From Macrostomum lignano (taxonomy: Eukaryota): 64,000 nucleotides of DNA. Of this stretch, positions 22,867 to 35,706 are shown piece by piece (position 1 is the first letter of the stretch; every line of letters begins with the position of its first letter). Location of the stretch: positions 644,558 through 708,557 of the forward strand of contig NIVC01000172.1 in assembly GCA_002269645.1 (NCBI GenBank), in the 5' to 3' direction. A program made the position numbers and the translations under genes. The notes under the pieces were generated by a model. It was not told the origin of the DNA, searched no databases, and saw nothing but the letters and a program-made list of their open reading frames with translations.

Positions 22867-25585
22867 CCCAAGCATGTTAGTATTAGATTATGCTCAATGA
22901 AACCAAGGAAAAAGCAAAGAAAATAGATAGATACATATTAACTAGCAGTAGATATATAGCAGAAAGATCACACTGGGCAGTAGGAAAGGAGAGATATAGG
23001 AAAGATGAATGCATGGGAAAAGCTTTTAAAACCATGCCAAGGAATACTGTTTGCTATTAAAAACTTTATGATTGTCATAAATATAATAAGCTTCAATTTT
23101 TACTATGAAGTTTCATAGAAAGTTGCATTTCAAAATACTACTATGTTGTTTATTACACAAATATTTCCTATATTTGATACATTTTGTATATTATGTATAT
23201 CACCATTTGTTTTAGATAAGTAATGAAATTTTCTTTATAAAAATAAGCCAGCCAAATGTCAAAAAATGTACTTTCTCTCTCTCTCTTTCCTTCATTCAAC
23301 TTGTTTGTTCACTTAAATCATTGTTTCATTTGCTCCAGCCACTCTATTTGGAGACAAAATCAATCAGGCTCAGGATTTGTTCTTGCATTATTTATTTTTG
23401 AGTAGATAGTGCTTTAGAAACCACCCTAGAATTGGGAGGATTCAATCCATTCCTAAAGAATAAGGACTTCCAGATTTAAAATCTAAGAAATGGCCATTAG
23501 CCATAGAAGGTAGAATACCTACCAAAGGATAGAATAAACCAGACTCAGAGTTTAAAAGACCCACCTTAGGGCAGAATACCCAGCAATTGAGCTATGATCC
23601 TCTGATCCTAGGAATGCCCAGAACTGAGAGAAAAATCCTTTATAGAAGTAAAATAGAAGTATAGAAATAGGGTTTAATACCAATAGACTGCTTAGGCCAA
23701 TATATAGATATGCTACCAGTATAGAATTGTACATGCTACTAATGGAAATGTACATGCTACTAATGGAAATGTACATGCTACTAATGGAAATGTACATGCT
23801 ACTAATAGAAGTGCAAATACTACAAGTAGATAAGTTTATACATTCATGCACTACTAGTAATAGATGAAATATTAGTAAAGTATGTAAGTAATAAGAATAT
23901 TAAGAATCATAGGACAACATTAGTGGCAGATTTTTTCAATATTTAAGAGGGAAAAGCAGCATCCCTACAATAGCTGGTGGCTAACTGGTAGGATTTCTCA
24001 TAGTACAGGAAAGAGACCTATCCCAACTTGGTGGTATTAGTGGGATTTTAGAGAAAGTAGAAATATGACTACTACCATATAATATTTATAATTATATTAA
24101 TTCTAGAAAAGAAAAAATATTTAACAAGGCCAACACTATAACAATGTCATATTTATGATATAGTTTATGAGATATCTGTTGTTATTTTATTCACTTGACA
24201 GTTAGTCAAAGGTGCCTAGGCCTATAATAGATGAAACAAAAAGTAGTACTCAGCCTAGTGGCTACCATACCACAGACCTCTATTATCCCCTCTCCCTTGG
24301 CAATTAAGGGGGGGGGTCAACCCCCTGGCCCCTTCTATGTATGCTATTGCACTGCTTAAAATAAGATCTGGAAAATGAGACAAGAGGTCAAGGCATTCCT
24401 TTGACATAAAAAATATATATAAATATATATATATATATTCTTAGTTTTCTTAAGTAAGAGAAATTGCACTCTGAGCCTTCTTAAAATTGCACGTTCTGAA
24501 ATTAAGTATTGAGTACAAAATATATTATTTTTTTATGTTCAACAAAGTTGCAAAAACTGCAATGAACAATAAGATAAAGAGTAAAAAATGAAGATTAAAA
24601 TTAGTTGCAATTTATAATTTCAAACTCTAATTAAAATATGCTATTGGGTATAGTAGATAAAGTTAAGATCAAAATCCCAGTTATTGCCAAGATCCTAAGG
24701 CCTAGGATTTCAAGATTTTGGAATTGGATCAATATTTCTATCTAATGAAGATAGACTAGGGACCTATAATTATAAAGTAAGTATAATAATATATTCAATG
24801 ATGTTAGTAACAAAAATGTTCTATAGTTCTATCTGTGTCCAAATATTTATGACGTAGCTATGACAAATCAAACTAGTGCCTAATATTTTTTCTTTATAAT
24901 CATATTTTACAATGAAATCTAATTATAGAATAGGCTTTAACTTTAAGTTTAACTTAGAGTTCAATGTGATAATTCGAAAAAATACATGTGTATGTAAATT
25001 GTTCTAAAATATTAGTAATATATTTAGTATAGTTGGATTGTTATATAATTTATCTAAAGCAAAATAGAAGCTATTTTATTATTATTATTAGTTTTTTTAT
25101 TACAATATAAAGCTAAACAACTTAGATTAGCAAAAATCCTAGATCCTTTGTCTATCAAATTAATATACAGACTATATAGAGTATACCTATGCATATAATA
25201 AATATAAATAATATATAAATAATATGATTCTATTGTTATTCAGTTCCTTAGAGTCTAGTGACTAGAAGCACTTGTAACTTGCAGATAAGCATGCTTCCAA
25301 TCTAAATCTAAAATTTGAACAAAAAAGGAATTATTCGGTTTTCAATCCCGCAGACAACGACAACGGCTGACGTGGCAACTTCTGCTGCCTCGGTTCCGAT
25401 TCTCCGCAGTTCAACTGTGCTATTTTCCAAGGCTGATACAGTTAGTCGGCTGGATACAGGAGCGATAGAAAGCATTTTTTTTCAAATCACAAGCAGATCA
25501 GTGCGTCTTTTAACAGGCTTGCTCATATTTAGTTCCCAGCCAGCATCTCCCCAGTTCGCGCCTGTCACAATACTGAGCCGCCACA

Positions 25586-26573
25586 ATGGCCAGCAAGTTC
25601 CTGCCCGCTCCCAGTAGCATCACCTACAGGGATCGCAGCTTCCTAATCATGGACCGGCCAAGCGATGCCAATGTTGACAAGTTTGTTGCCGAATGCCGAA
25701 ACCACGGCGTTAGCGATGTTGTTAGGGTGTGCGAGAGCTCCTACAGCACTGAGCCGCTTGAGAAGGCGGCTATTCAGGTTTGTTTGGCATCAATGTTCTG
25801 TAGCTGCACCTGGGAGTCGGTGATAGATAGAGAGAGTCGGTGATGAGATAGAGAGAGTCGGTGATGAGATAGAGAGAGTCGGTGATGAGATAGAGAGAGT
25901 CGGTGATAAGATAGAGAGAGTCGGTGATGAGATAGAGAGTCGGTGATGAGATAGAGAGAGTCGGTGATGAGATAGAGAGTCGGTGATGAGATAGAGAGAG
26001 TCGGTGATGAGAGAGAGAGAGTCGGTGATGAGATAGAGAGAGTCGGTGATGAGAGAGAGAGAGAGTCGGTGATGAGATAGAGAGAGTCGGTGATGAGATA
26101 GAGAGAGTCGGTGATGAGAGAGAGAGAGAGAGTCGGTGATGAGATAGAGAGATTCGGTGATTCTCTAGTCTCTAGTCTCTCTAGTCTCTAGAGAGAGTCT
26201 CTAGTCTCCCCTAGAGAATGCGGATGAGCCAATGCCGACCCCTCGCCGTCCGCAGGTGCACGACCTGCCCTACCCGGACGGTGACCCGCCGCCGCCGGAC
26301 ATTGTCCACAGCTGGCTCACTCTGCTGCGCGAGCGCTGGGCGGTCAGGCCGGACGCGTGCATCGCCATCCACTGCATCGCAGGCCTCGGCCGGGCCCCTG
26401 TCATGGTGGCCATCGCTCTGATGGAGCTGGGCTCAACCTACGATGAGGCTGTGCAGCTGATCCGAGCTAAACGCCGCGGCGCAATCAACAAGAAGCAGCT
26501 GGACTACCTGAGCCTCTACCGGGCCAAGGGCAAGCTGAAGCCAAGGCGCGGCGTCAAGTGCAATCTTCTGTGA
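25586..26573 (+). CDS. PTP4A: PRL-family prenylated dual-specificity phosphatase (PTP4A); exons 25586-25777 and 26256-26573, 169 aa
   Basis: FLIMDRPSDAN, VVRVCE (regulatory Cys), PYPDGDPPP (acid loop), HCIAGLGRAP active site, RRGAINKKQL, polybasic tail and CAAX (CNLL*); phase-0 GT-AG intron. Confidence 0.96.
25815..26160. repeat. ~21-bp GA-rich minisatellite GAGTCGGTGATGAGATAGAGA in the PRL intron
   Basis: Tandem repeat with variable (GA)n. Confidence 0.95.
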
Positions 26574-26894
26574 ATGCCCGGCTGCCGGCGCGGGCGGGTG
26601 CAGATGAGCTGCGGGTTTCGGCCTCTGGGCTGCCTCCAATGGGAAGAGATTGAGAGAGATGGGAGAATTCAATGTACCTACTGGACTTTAATTAGAATTT
26701 TAAATTGTTTTAATTTGAGAAAGTTAAACAAAACTATGCATTTGGCAGTTCTCCCGATCTCACTCAATCTCATGGCCCGGGCTGAAATTCTCGTTCTATC
26801 TCATCCGCTCTGCCGAGCAGTCGTCCATTACAGCAACTGCGTTTTTTATGACAGGTTTGTTAAAAATTTCCTTCTGTCACTTTTGCTTCCTCTA

Positions 26895-27520
26895 ATCCGC
26901 CCATGAGAATCCCCTAATCCGCCTATGAGATTCCCCTAATCTGCTCGGGAGAATCTCCTAATCCGTTTATGAGATTCTTCCAATCCGCCTATAAGAATCC
27001 TCTAATCCGCCCCTGAGAATCCTCTAATCAGCCCAAAAGAGTCCTAATCAGCCCCTGAGAATCTCCTAATCCGTCCCTGAAAATCTCCTAATCCGCTCTA
27101 AAGAATCGCTCTCTTAATCTGCGTATGAGATTCCTCTAATCCGCTCTTAAAATTATGAAAAATTCTGAGAATTCTGAAAAACCCCTAATCCACCCCTGAG
27201 AATCGCCTAATCCGCCCGTGAGAATCCCCTAATCTGCTCGGGAGAATCTCCTAATCCGCCTATGAGATTCTTCCAATCCGCCCATGAGAATCCTCTAATC
27301 CGCCCCTGAGAATCTCCTAATCCGCCCCTGAGAATCTCCTAATCCGTCCCTGAAAATCTCCTAATCCGCTCTAAAGAATCGCTCTCTTAATCCGCGTATG
27401 AGATTCCTCTAATCCGCTCTTAAAATTCTGAAAAATTCTGAGAATTCTGAAAAACCCCTAATCCACCCCTGAGAATCGCCTAATCCGCCCGTGAGAATCG
27501 CCCTTATTGGCCCCGAGAGT
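26895..27520. repeat. ~20-bp minisatellite GAGAATC(C/T)CCTAATCCGCC with a ~300-bp higher-order duplication
   Basis: Block ~26907-27200 recurs at ~27200-27500. Confidence 0.85.
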
Positions 27521-27854
27521 CGCTCCCTTCTGTCTGAGCTGTGCTATAATTTAACCTTCATAGAGGCATACACGCTTTAAACTAGTATTATTAATATTAT
27601 AACCTGTAAGCCGCTTGTTAAGCAGCAGTGCACTGCATGCAGTACATGCAGTGCAAATAATCAAGCACGCAGAATGGATCTGGACCTGCGTGCAGTGCTA
27701 GTATTGCTTCTCTCGCGTCTAAATTTACCTGCAGAACAAACTCTTCATCCCTTCATAAAGCTAAATAAGTAAGCTCTGTTCGGCATCCGGATTCCTAGGG
27801 CTTCACAGAAGCTCAGTCGGAAGGCTGCAAGTCTTAGGGGGGGGGCGTGAACTG

Positions 27855-27857
<3 letters not shown>

Positions 27858-27900
<43 letters not shown>
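27858..27900. repeat. (CT)n microsatellite
   Basis: Direct reading. Confidence 0.95.
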
Positions 27901-28629
27901 TACTTATTCATAATAAGTAAGGCTTAGAAAAATGGACTGACATTTTGCAGATCTACTATAAATATTAGTTTCCTCGGAAGATTTTAGAAATTTTTTTAAT
28001 TTATGTCAAACTCTCTCAAAGCGAGGAGAGGGGGAGAGAGAGAGAGTCTCATTGGAGTGCAGTTGCTATTTTAGCGCGTTTCAAGTACGTGGGTGGTTTT
28101 GACAAGACTAGCCAGTGCGCTTGGGCGGCGTGAATCGGTAAACTGGTTATAGTTGGACTGTGTATATCTGCTTGTGCTGCTTAGCGCAGGTTTCGGGTGG
28201 GCCTGGGAGACGAAGAGTATGGCTGAGTGGGGTGAGATAGCAGCTCGTGCTTTGAACTTTGACTTTCTCATCTCAAAAAGGCGTCACCAGCTGCGAGCCA
28301 ATGCTGGGTTTTTTGACGTCAGGGCCTGATTTCTGGCTTCCACCTTATCTCAGTTTGACTGTATGCTGCAGCTGGCCTTCATTGCCTGTCCGGCTGCTTT
28401 TATATGGAGTTTTATTGTGACTTGTACCTTAACTTGTTCAGTTTTGCCACTGAAGTCGGTGAAGTTGCATCAAAATAATTTAGAGCTAGTTAGAGGATTA
28501 ATCACTTAATACTCAGTCAGCTGCTTTGGAATAACTGTCTCCCTCTTAGATTGTCTCCCTCTTAGATTGTCTCCCTCTTAGATTGTCTGGCTAATCACGC
28601 CACCTTGCCAGACCCGCAGCTGATAGGCG

Positions 28630-29842
28630 ACCCTCCCAGATCCTCAGTTGCTGGGCCAGCGTTCCAGATCTTCATTTACTGAGCCAGTCTCCCAGATCCT
28701 CAGTTGCTGGGCCAGCCTCCGAGATTCTCAGTTGCTGGGTCAGCTCCCAGATCCTCAGTTGCTGGGCCAGCCTCCGAGATTCTCAGTTGCTGGGTCAGCT
28801 CCCAGATTCTCAGTTGCTGGGCCAGCCTCCCAGATCCCCAGATGCTGGGCCAGCCTCCCAGATGCTCAGTTGCTGGGTCAGCCTCCCAGATCCTCAGTTG
28901 CTGGGCCAGCCTCCCAGATCCTCAGTTGCTGGGCCAGCCTCCGAGATTCTCAGTTGCTGGGTCAGCTCCCAGATTCTCAGTTGCTGGGCCAGCCTCCCAG
29001 ATCCTCAGTTGCTGGGTCAGCCTCCCAGATGCTCAGTTGCTGGGCCAGCCTCCCAGATCCTCAGTTGCTGGGTCAGCTCCCAGATTCTCAGTTGCTGGGC
29101 CAGCCTCCCAGATCCTCAGTTGCTGGGCCAGCCTCCCAGATGCTCAGTTGCTGGGTCAGCCTCCCAGATCCTCAGTTGCTGGGCCAGCCTCCCAGATCCT
29201 CAGTTGCTGGGCCAGCCTCCGAGATTCTCAGTTGCTGGGTCAGCTCCCAGATTCTCAGTTGCTGGGCCAGCCTCCCAGATCCTCAGTTGCTGGGTCAGCC
29301 TCCCAGATGCTCAGTTGCTGGGTCAGCCTCCCAGATCCTCAGTTGCTGGGCCAGCCTCCCAGATCCTCAGTTGCTGGGCCAGCCTCCGAGATTCTCAGTT
29401 GCTGGGTCAGCTCCCAGATTCTCAGTTGCTGGGCCAGCCTCCCAGATCCTCAGTTGCTGGGTCAGCCTCCCAGATGCTCAGTTGCTGGGCCAGCCTCCCA
29501 GATTCTCAGTTGCTGGGCCAGCCTCCCAGATTCTCAGTTGCTGGGTCAGCCTCCCAGATCCTCAGTTGCTGGGCCAGCCTCCCAGATCCTCAGTTGCTGG
29601 GCCAGTCTCCCAGATCCCCAGTTGCTGGGTCAGCCTCCCAGATTCTCAGTTGCTGGGCCAGCCTCCCAGATCCTCAGTTGCTGGGCCAGCCTCCCAGATC
29701 CTCAGTTGCTGGGCCAGCCTCCCAGATCCTCAGTTGCTGGGCCAGCCTCCCAGATTCTCAGTTGCTGGGTCAGCCTCCCAGATTCTCAGTTGCTGGGTCA
29801 GCCTCCCAGATTCTCAGTTGCTGGGCCAGCCTCCCAGATCCT
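28630..29842. repeat. 28-bp minisatellite CTCAGTTGCTGGGCCAGCCTCCCAGATC (array 1)
   Basis: About 43 units, with 27-bp variants recurring in blocks. Confidence 0.95.
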
Positions 29843-30954
29843 ATGAAAGAAACCGAATGTATTTTTCGGGTGGGCATTTTTGCGACTTACCTTACTTAGC
29901 TGGGCCCCTCGCCAGCCGGGTCGGCCGGGTATGTTTCGAATCCCAGCTTCGGTGTTATAACATTCGACTTGTTTACGCATGTCCGCTCTCTTCTCTAGCT
30001 ATAATAATTGACAAGGCAGGCATTAAATCGAAAATTTGCTTTTTAAATTAAGTACAGGCTGCTGAATATTTTATGCCGAGTATGCTTGAGAAACGCATCG
30101 TCTTTACATTACGCCGAGGTGCACTCTAATAGCAAGTTATATGCAATACTAAAAGACACTGACTGCCCTGACTTAATCACGCAAATTGTGAAAGCAAAGC
30201 AGCAGCAGCGAGGCCTCTTTGGAAAGAGAAATCTTTCCAGGTGCGCTTAGCTAATAGCCAGAAGACTAGCTAAAAGTACATTTTTGTCTAGCTAGCACTG
30301 CAGGGATGAAAGCGGTGCTAATTGCACTATTAGTCAGGTAGCAGCTCCAGCATCAGCTAATTGTTTGAATGGCCAACGCGCAGCTCTGCAATAAATTATG
30401 AGAATTTTTATGTAAAAAAAATTCCGTTGCTAAATCAGGAAATATTTGGAAGCATTTTAGTTACGAAATTCAGTCCTGTGACCACTATAGTATGTAAGGA
30501 CGTAAAACTCAGAGGTGGTGTCATTTTGGGAGGCCAATTTCTGGGACAAACACACTGCGGAGATAGGATAACCAATTTTTTATCACAAAATAAATAAATG
30601 CATTTGATAACTGAGTACCTACACACAATTACTCAAGCCATTATTGTACTAGGTATAGTTCTAGTTAAATGCATTAGTAGCTATTCCTAGACCTGTCTAA
30701 ATATTGAGTTGAGTATTTACAACTTTGGGCTTATAAAAAAAACAATGCGAAAATGAAACTTTTTCCTAATCTCCGCAATGTATCTTTTACCGGAAATCGG
30801 CCTCCTAAAAAAATATACCATCTTTGACTTTTACATCCCGTCATGCTACGGTGGTCCTTGATCCAGTCATGATCCTGTCATTGAAGAGTAATGACCCAAA
30901 TAATATTGCTCAAATCAATTTTGATTTGATTTTGATTTTGATCTCAACCAGCTG

Positions 30955-31165
30955 GATTAATTTATGCCCACATCTCATTGTACAAACATACATGCCCAAT
31001 GTAATTTATGCCCACATCTCATTGTACAAACATCCATGCCCAATGTAATTTATGCCCACATCTCATTGTACAAACATACATGCCCAATGTAATTTATGCC
31101 CACATCTCATTGTACAAACATCCATGCCCAATGTAATTTATGCCCACATCTTATTGTACGAACAT
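30955..31165. repeat. 44-bp minisatellite AATTTATGCCCACATCTCATTGTACAAACAT(A/C)CATGCCCAATGT
   Basis: About 4.5 units, the last interrupted by a SINE. Confidence 0.9.
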
Positions 31166-31167
31166 AA

Positions 31168-31534
31168 GGGGGGCCGTAGCCGTAGCCCAGCGGTAGCGCA
31201 GCTGCTCTGGTGTGCCGCGACCCAGGCTCGATTCCAAGTGCAGCCACATTAATTTGGGGCTGGATTGGAATCTTGGCTTGGCTCGCTTGTGCAATTAACG
31301 GCCTTGAGAGCCAACCCCCCAAGGCGCAGTGAAGTGTACATGCCTATCAATTGATAAAGTTAGGGCCGCTGTGCACTCCTGTGTGAGTGTGTGCCTGCGT
31401 ACGTATCCGCGCGCTTGTATGCCTGCTCAGGGGAGTCGGCGGAATGGGCAGTAATGCCTCTCGCCGGTTGTGTGCCAATGACGCTTAAATTGCGCCAGGG
31501 TGCACACAACCCCCCTGCCTCTAAAAAAAAAAAA
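31168..31534 (+). mobile_element. tRNA-derived SINE with poly(A) tail
   Basis: A box TAGCCCAGCGG, B box GGCTCGATTCC, A12 tail, 12-bp TSD TTGTACGAACAT (31154-31165 and 31535-31546); second copy at 35707-36099. Confidence 0.88.
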
Positions 31535-32279
31535 TTGTACGAACATCCATGCCCATTCGCAATTTATTTAAATATAAAAATACTAATTTAACACTAACTA
31601 GATTTGATCCGGTCTAATTCAACTGATAATCGCTTCTCTTCGCCTTGCAGATCATGATGAAGATTGCGGGACGCTAGTTGCGAAGCAGAATCCCCACGAA
31701 CACTTTTTTTTCAAAACCGTGTTTAGCTGACCTGCGCACTAAATATATCTGTTATTTGTTTCCCGCTCTCTACTCGCGTGCCCTCCTGTTTAACGCGTTG
31801 TTGTGCCTGTTTTCACCCGCCTAATCACCCCGTTTTCATTGAAAAGCTTCAATCCTCAGTCTGTTCCGCCGATTATACTGTACCGTTTGCAATGTGCTTA
31901 TTTTTTTAACCCCATTTACGCGTACAATCAGTTATTTGATTTAACTCGGTTTTCTTAATTTTATTGTTTTGCCCGCGCCACCCTGCCCGAATTCATCACG
32001 CTGACTCATTCTATTGGTATAGGATGCCACTGCCTTCTTGTTGCTTGCTGGGCTGGTAACTGCCACAGATTAACAATTGAACTTGTGAAAAGTAGAGCTT
32101 CTACTCATTTTTCAGTAGATTTTGGCGCGGTGTTGTTTAAATTTAATGTGGCAGAAAAAATTATTTTCCATCCTCGGAGTTTGTACCTTAGGTAGGAGCA
32201 TATGGTTAAGAATGAACTACAAGCATTGAACTCAACGTACACAAGTGAAAGCAAGACGGACAAAAATCAGCTTGCGGGG

Positions 32280-32690
32280 GGGGGCGGCCCAATCTGGCTT
32301 GAGCCAATGAGAGAGCAGTAAGGAGAGATGTCAAAGTCAAACGGAGGAAGCACGAACCAGCCTAGGGAGCAGGCCCAATCTGTCTCAGCCAATGAGAGAG
32401 CAGTAAGGAGAGATGTCAAAGTCAAACGGAGGAAGCACGTACCAGCCTAGGGAGCAGGCCCAATCTGTCTCAGCCAATGAGAGAGCAGTAAGGAGAGAGG
32501 TTAAAGTCACGAACGAAACACGAAACAGCCTAGGGACAGGCCCAATCTGGCTCAACCAATGAGAGAGCAGGAGAGATCGATCAAAGTTAGACGGACGAAA
32601 ATCTACCGTAGCTCAGCCAATGAAAGAGCGGTAAGGAAGGAGTCCAACATCACAGACACAGTAGAAAGCCAAACTGTGTCCATAGATTTT
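32280..32690. repeat. Inverted copy of the 4600-4860 dispersed repeat family
   Basis: GGCCCAATCTG..CAGCCAATGAGAGAGCAGTAAGGAGAG units. Confidence 0.75.
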
Positions 32691-34377
32691 TAACCATATA
32701 TGAAAGGCAAAACACAAATTTTACTACTGAAAAAATAGAGTAGATGAGCGTATTTTTTGCGAGTGGCATATCAAGTTAGTCTGTGGCCTATACTACCCTG
32801 TCCAATGAATAGAATAGTTTTCACTTCTATAGCCACTATATTTTTGTCCTCTGTTTAACTGAATTATGAACAAAAAACTCGAATCCCAAATGATATGCTA
32901 GAATGCAATTCTGTAATAACTGCAATAGCTACTGGCCTAACAGAACCGGGTCCGCGTGCGAGTGTTATAATTGTCATTGTGTGTCTTTTCTCTATCTGTG
33001 TTCTCCCGCCGACTCTTTAATTTATATAACTTAACTTGACTCATATTCCTGATCTATTTTATTGTTTAGTCAGCGCTGCGATCAATTTGCTAGATAGACT
33101 ACTCACGGACAGTAGTTGGCATAGCGCGCTTCATTCGTTGTCCCGCGTATAAAGAGGGCAGAATTTATTTTTTTCTTATTCTTTTCGCCCCCCCCCCTAG
33201 CCTAAACTGCCTATATGAATATGAATAACTGGGCTGCCTAATGTAATTTGTGAATAAACATTGATGCACTGTGTTAGTACTAGTGAACAACACCCTGTTG
33301 TACCTACGTACCTGTGCTTTGTTGACGCATAGCTTCACCAGATTAGCTGTACAATTGGTGCAAAATTTATATCAACACTAATTGCACAGTTTCACATTTC
33401 AGCAGCAGACAGTCTTGCTCTGTTAAACCCTAACTAAGTATAAGATATTCTATGGGTTTGAGGTCGGTACGTGATTGAGTGAAGTACCGACCGAAAAACC
33501 CATAGAATATCTTATTTAAACTACTTTAATTTTGCGGGATGTATTCAGATAAATCCATGGATGAATAATATAACTGGATCGCCAGAAGCACGATTTTTTT
33601 GGTCCTAGCCATAGACAAGCACCAGCATCACAAGAAGCTCAGAATGCCGTACTTTCAAATAAATACTTATAAATAAAGGTTTGCAGGTTCTGCAGCGGCT
33701 ATTTGTCTGTGTGAAAGTACGGCATTCTCCATAAGTATGGATAAATCCCGGAGCCATACTTGTATGTCTATGGTTGAAGTTGGGGATGGGGTGTGGGGGC
33801 GAAGCCCCCACATTCTTACCATAGACAAAATTTCATTAGGAAACTTCTCGAGTCACGAAGGAAGAGAAGAGAGAAGCTCGCTTATTTAGATACACATACG
33901 AGCGTACAATAATCCTTGCAATATGTCCGGGAAAGTGATCGATTTAATCCCGCAAAATAAAATCTATTTCAATAACCTCCCTGAAAGTGAGCTTTAAAGT
34001 GGTTTAAGCGCTGCTATTCACCTTCAGTTTAATCATTGGTTCGCTGGCTTTCACGCGTTTGCTTATCTGCCTACTAACTAGACAACTTAGCCGATAGTAG
34101 TAATTTAGGCGCTGTTTTATCATAGGCACAACACACTACCTACCTACTGTATGCAGTGCTAATAGGGCACCAAGCGATGCGATTGTCCTGTGCGTCTCTT
34201 TTTGCTGTCGCCTCTGAACTGCTTCTTTTAGCTCCCAGCCCGATTCTGTTTCATTGTTGCTTGTTTTTTCCTATCTACTTTTTGGGTAACTTATCTTTGC
34301 TTTTTCACTGGCAAGCCTTAGCACACTGAACTGCTTGGTAAGATGGCTTTTGATTTCTAACTAATACCTTTAAACAC

Positions 34378-34853
34378 TCCCAGATCCTCAGTTGCTGGGC
34401 CACCAACCTCCCAGATCCTCAGTTGCTGGGCCACCAACCTCCCAGATCCTCAGTTGCTGGGCCACCAGCCTCCCAGATCCTCAGTTGCTGGGCCAGCCTC
34501 CCAGATCCTCAGTTGCTGGGCCAGCCTCCCAGATCCTCAGTTGCTGGGCCAGCCTCCCAGATCCTCAGTTGCTGGGCCAGCCTCCCAGATCCTCAGTTGC
34601 TGTGCCAGCCTCCCAGATCCTCAGTTGCTGGGCCAGTCTCCCAGATCCTCAGTTGCTGGGCCAGCCTCCCAGATCCTCAGTTGCTGTGCCAGCCTCCCAG
34701 ATCCTCAGTTGCTGGGCCAGTCTCCCAGATCCTCAGTTGCTGGGCCAGCCTCCCAGATCCTCAGTTGCTGGGCCAGCCTCCCAGATCCTCAGTTGCTGGG
34801 CCAGCCTCCCAGATCCTCAGTTGCTGGGCCAGCCTCCCAGATCCTCAGTTGCT
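34378..34853. repeat. 28-bp minisatellite, array 2 (same unit as 28630-29842)
   Basis: Same unit and orientation; the first units are 31-bp variants. Confidence 0.95.
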
Positions 34854-35706
34854 AAGCAGAGTAAGAGCCCTCTTACCACGCGAGTTGAGTTGCGCCTGCT
34901 AAAAATTTGCTTTAGTGATTTGACTGTGACTTTCAAGCCTCATCCCCTACCCATATCGCATCAGAACAAAACTGACTTTTAATGCGAAACAAATTGTTTT
35001 CTTCGGCCTTCGCATCAATTTTAATTCGCTTCAGTCCCTCGCCCTTATAATTGCTTAGCCCCCTGCGCGCGCTGTTTGACCCGAGTTTTTCCCTAAGATG
35101 GTTTTAAGAATGCGAGTCTCTGCCTTCGCCCTACAACCCTCCCCTCAAGTGCTTGCTAATTATATTATCTACTCGTACCTGTGGCCCCTGCGAGACACTA
35201 AATTCTAATCTGATTCGCTTTTTCGTGAAGCCAGCCTGAAGAGGTATGAAACAAAAATATACTCGTATATATATACAAAAAAAACCTGGCGATTGTAGAA
35301 ATGAAAATGAAATCTATTTGCAGTCCTGAATACTGATTGGTGTCTTTTATTTTTGCTTGCCGACCGGGACAGCAAAGCTGGGGAGAGGGGGGGGCAGATG
35401 TGGTGGGCAGCAGAGTGACAATGGGGATCGTGTTCCTCCTGCAACGCTACTCTTTGGCCTAACATGCATATCAAGGTTCGGCAAACTCGCTGGCGGCTCG
35501 CAAAGCCTCTCTATCCAGCCCTCAGGTCCTTTGAAACTTCACAATAGCAATCCTGTTAGCTCAAGATTTGTCTCTTCTCAGCTCTCTTCTTTTCTCTACC
35601 CTTCTCTCCCCTCTCCTCTCTCCTCTTTCCCCTCATCTACCCTCTCTCCTCTCATCTCTTCTCTCAGGGACTCAGGATCGCTTGACCTTGCTGGGTGGCG
35701 TCTGTC

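Noticed and set aside
28290-28325. CCAAT plus CRE (TGACGTCA) as a promoter
   Set aside because: Short motifs with no associated gene identified; could be chance.
29893-29980. Possible minus-strand exon MRKQVECYNTEAG...LSK with a perfect AG|GTAAGT donor
   Set aside because: No in-frame downstream exon or homology found; support is too weak.
28648-30051. Three overlapping 370-467 aa ORFs (LLGQPPRSSVAG...) and similar ones at 34392-34982
   Set aside because: Artefacts of a stop-free 28-bp repeat.
31168-31250. tRNA genes (also ~36020-36099 and ~37340-37401)
   Set aside because: A and B boxes are present but the cloverleaf is degenerate, and each continues into a SINE body and tail.
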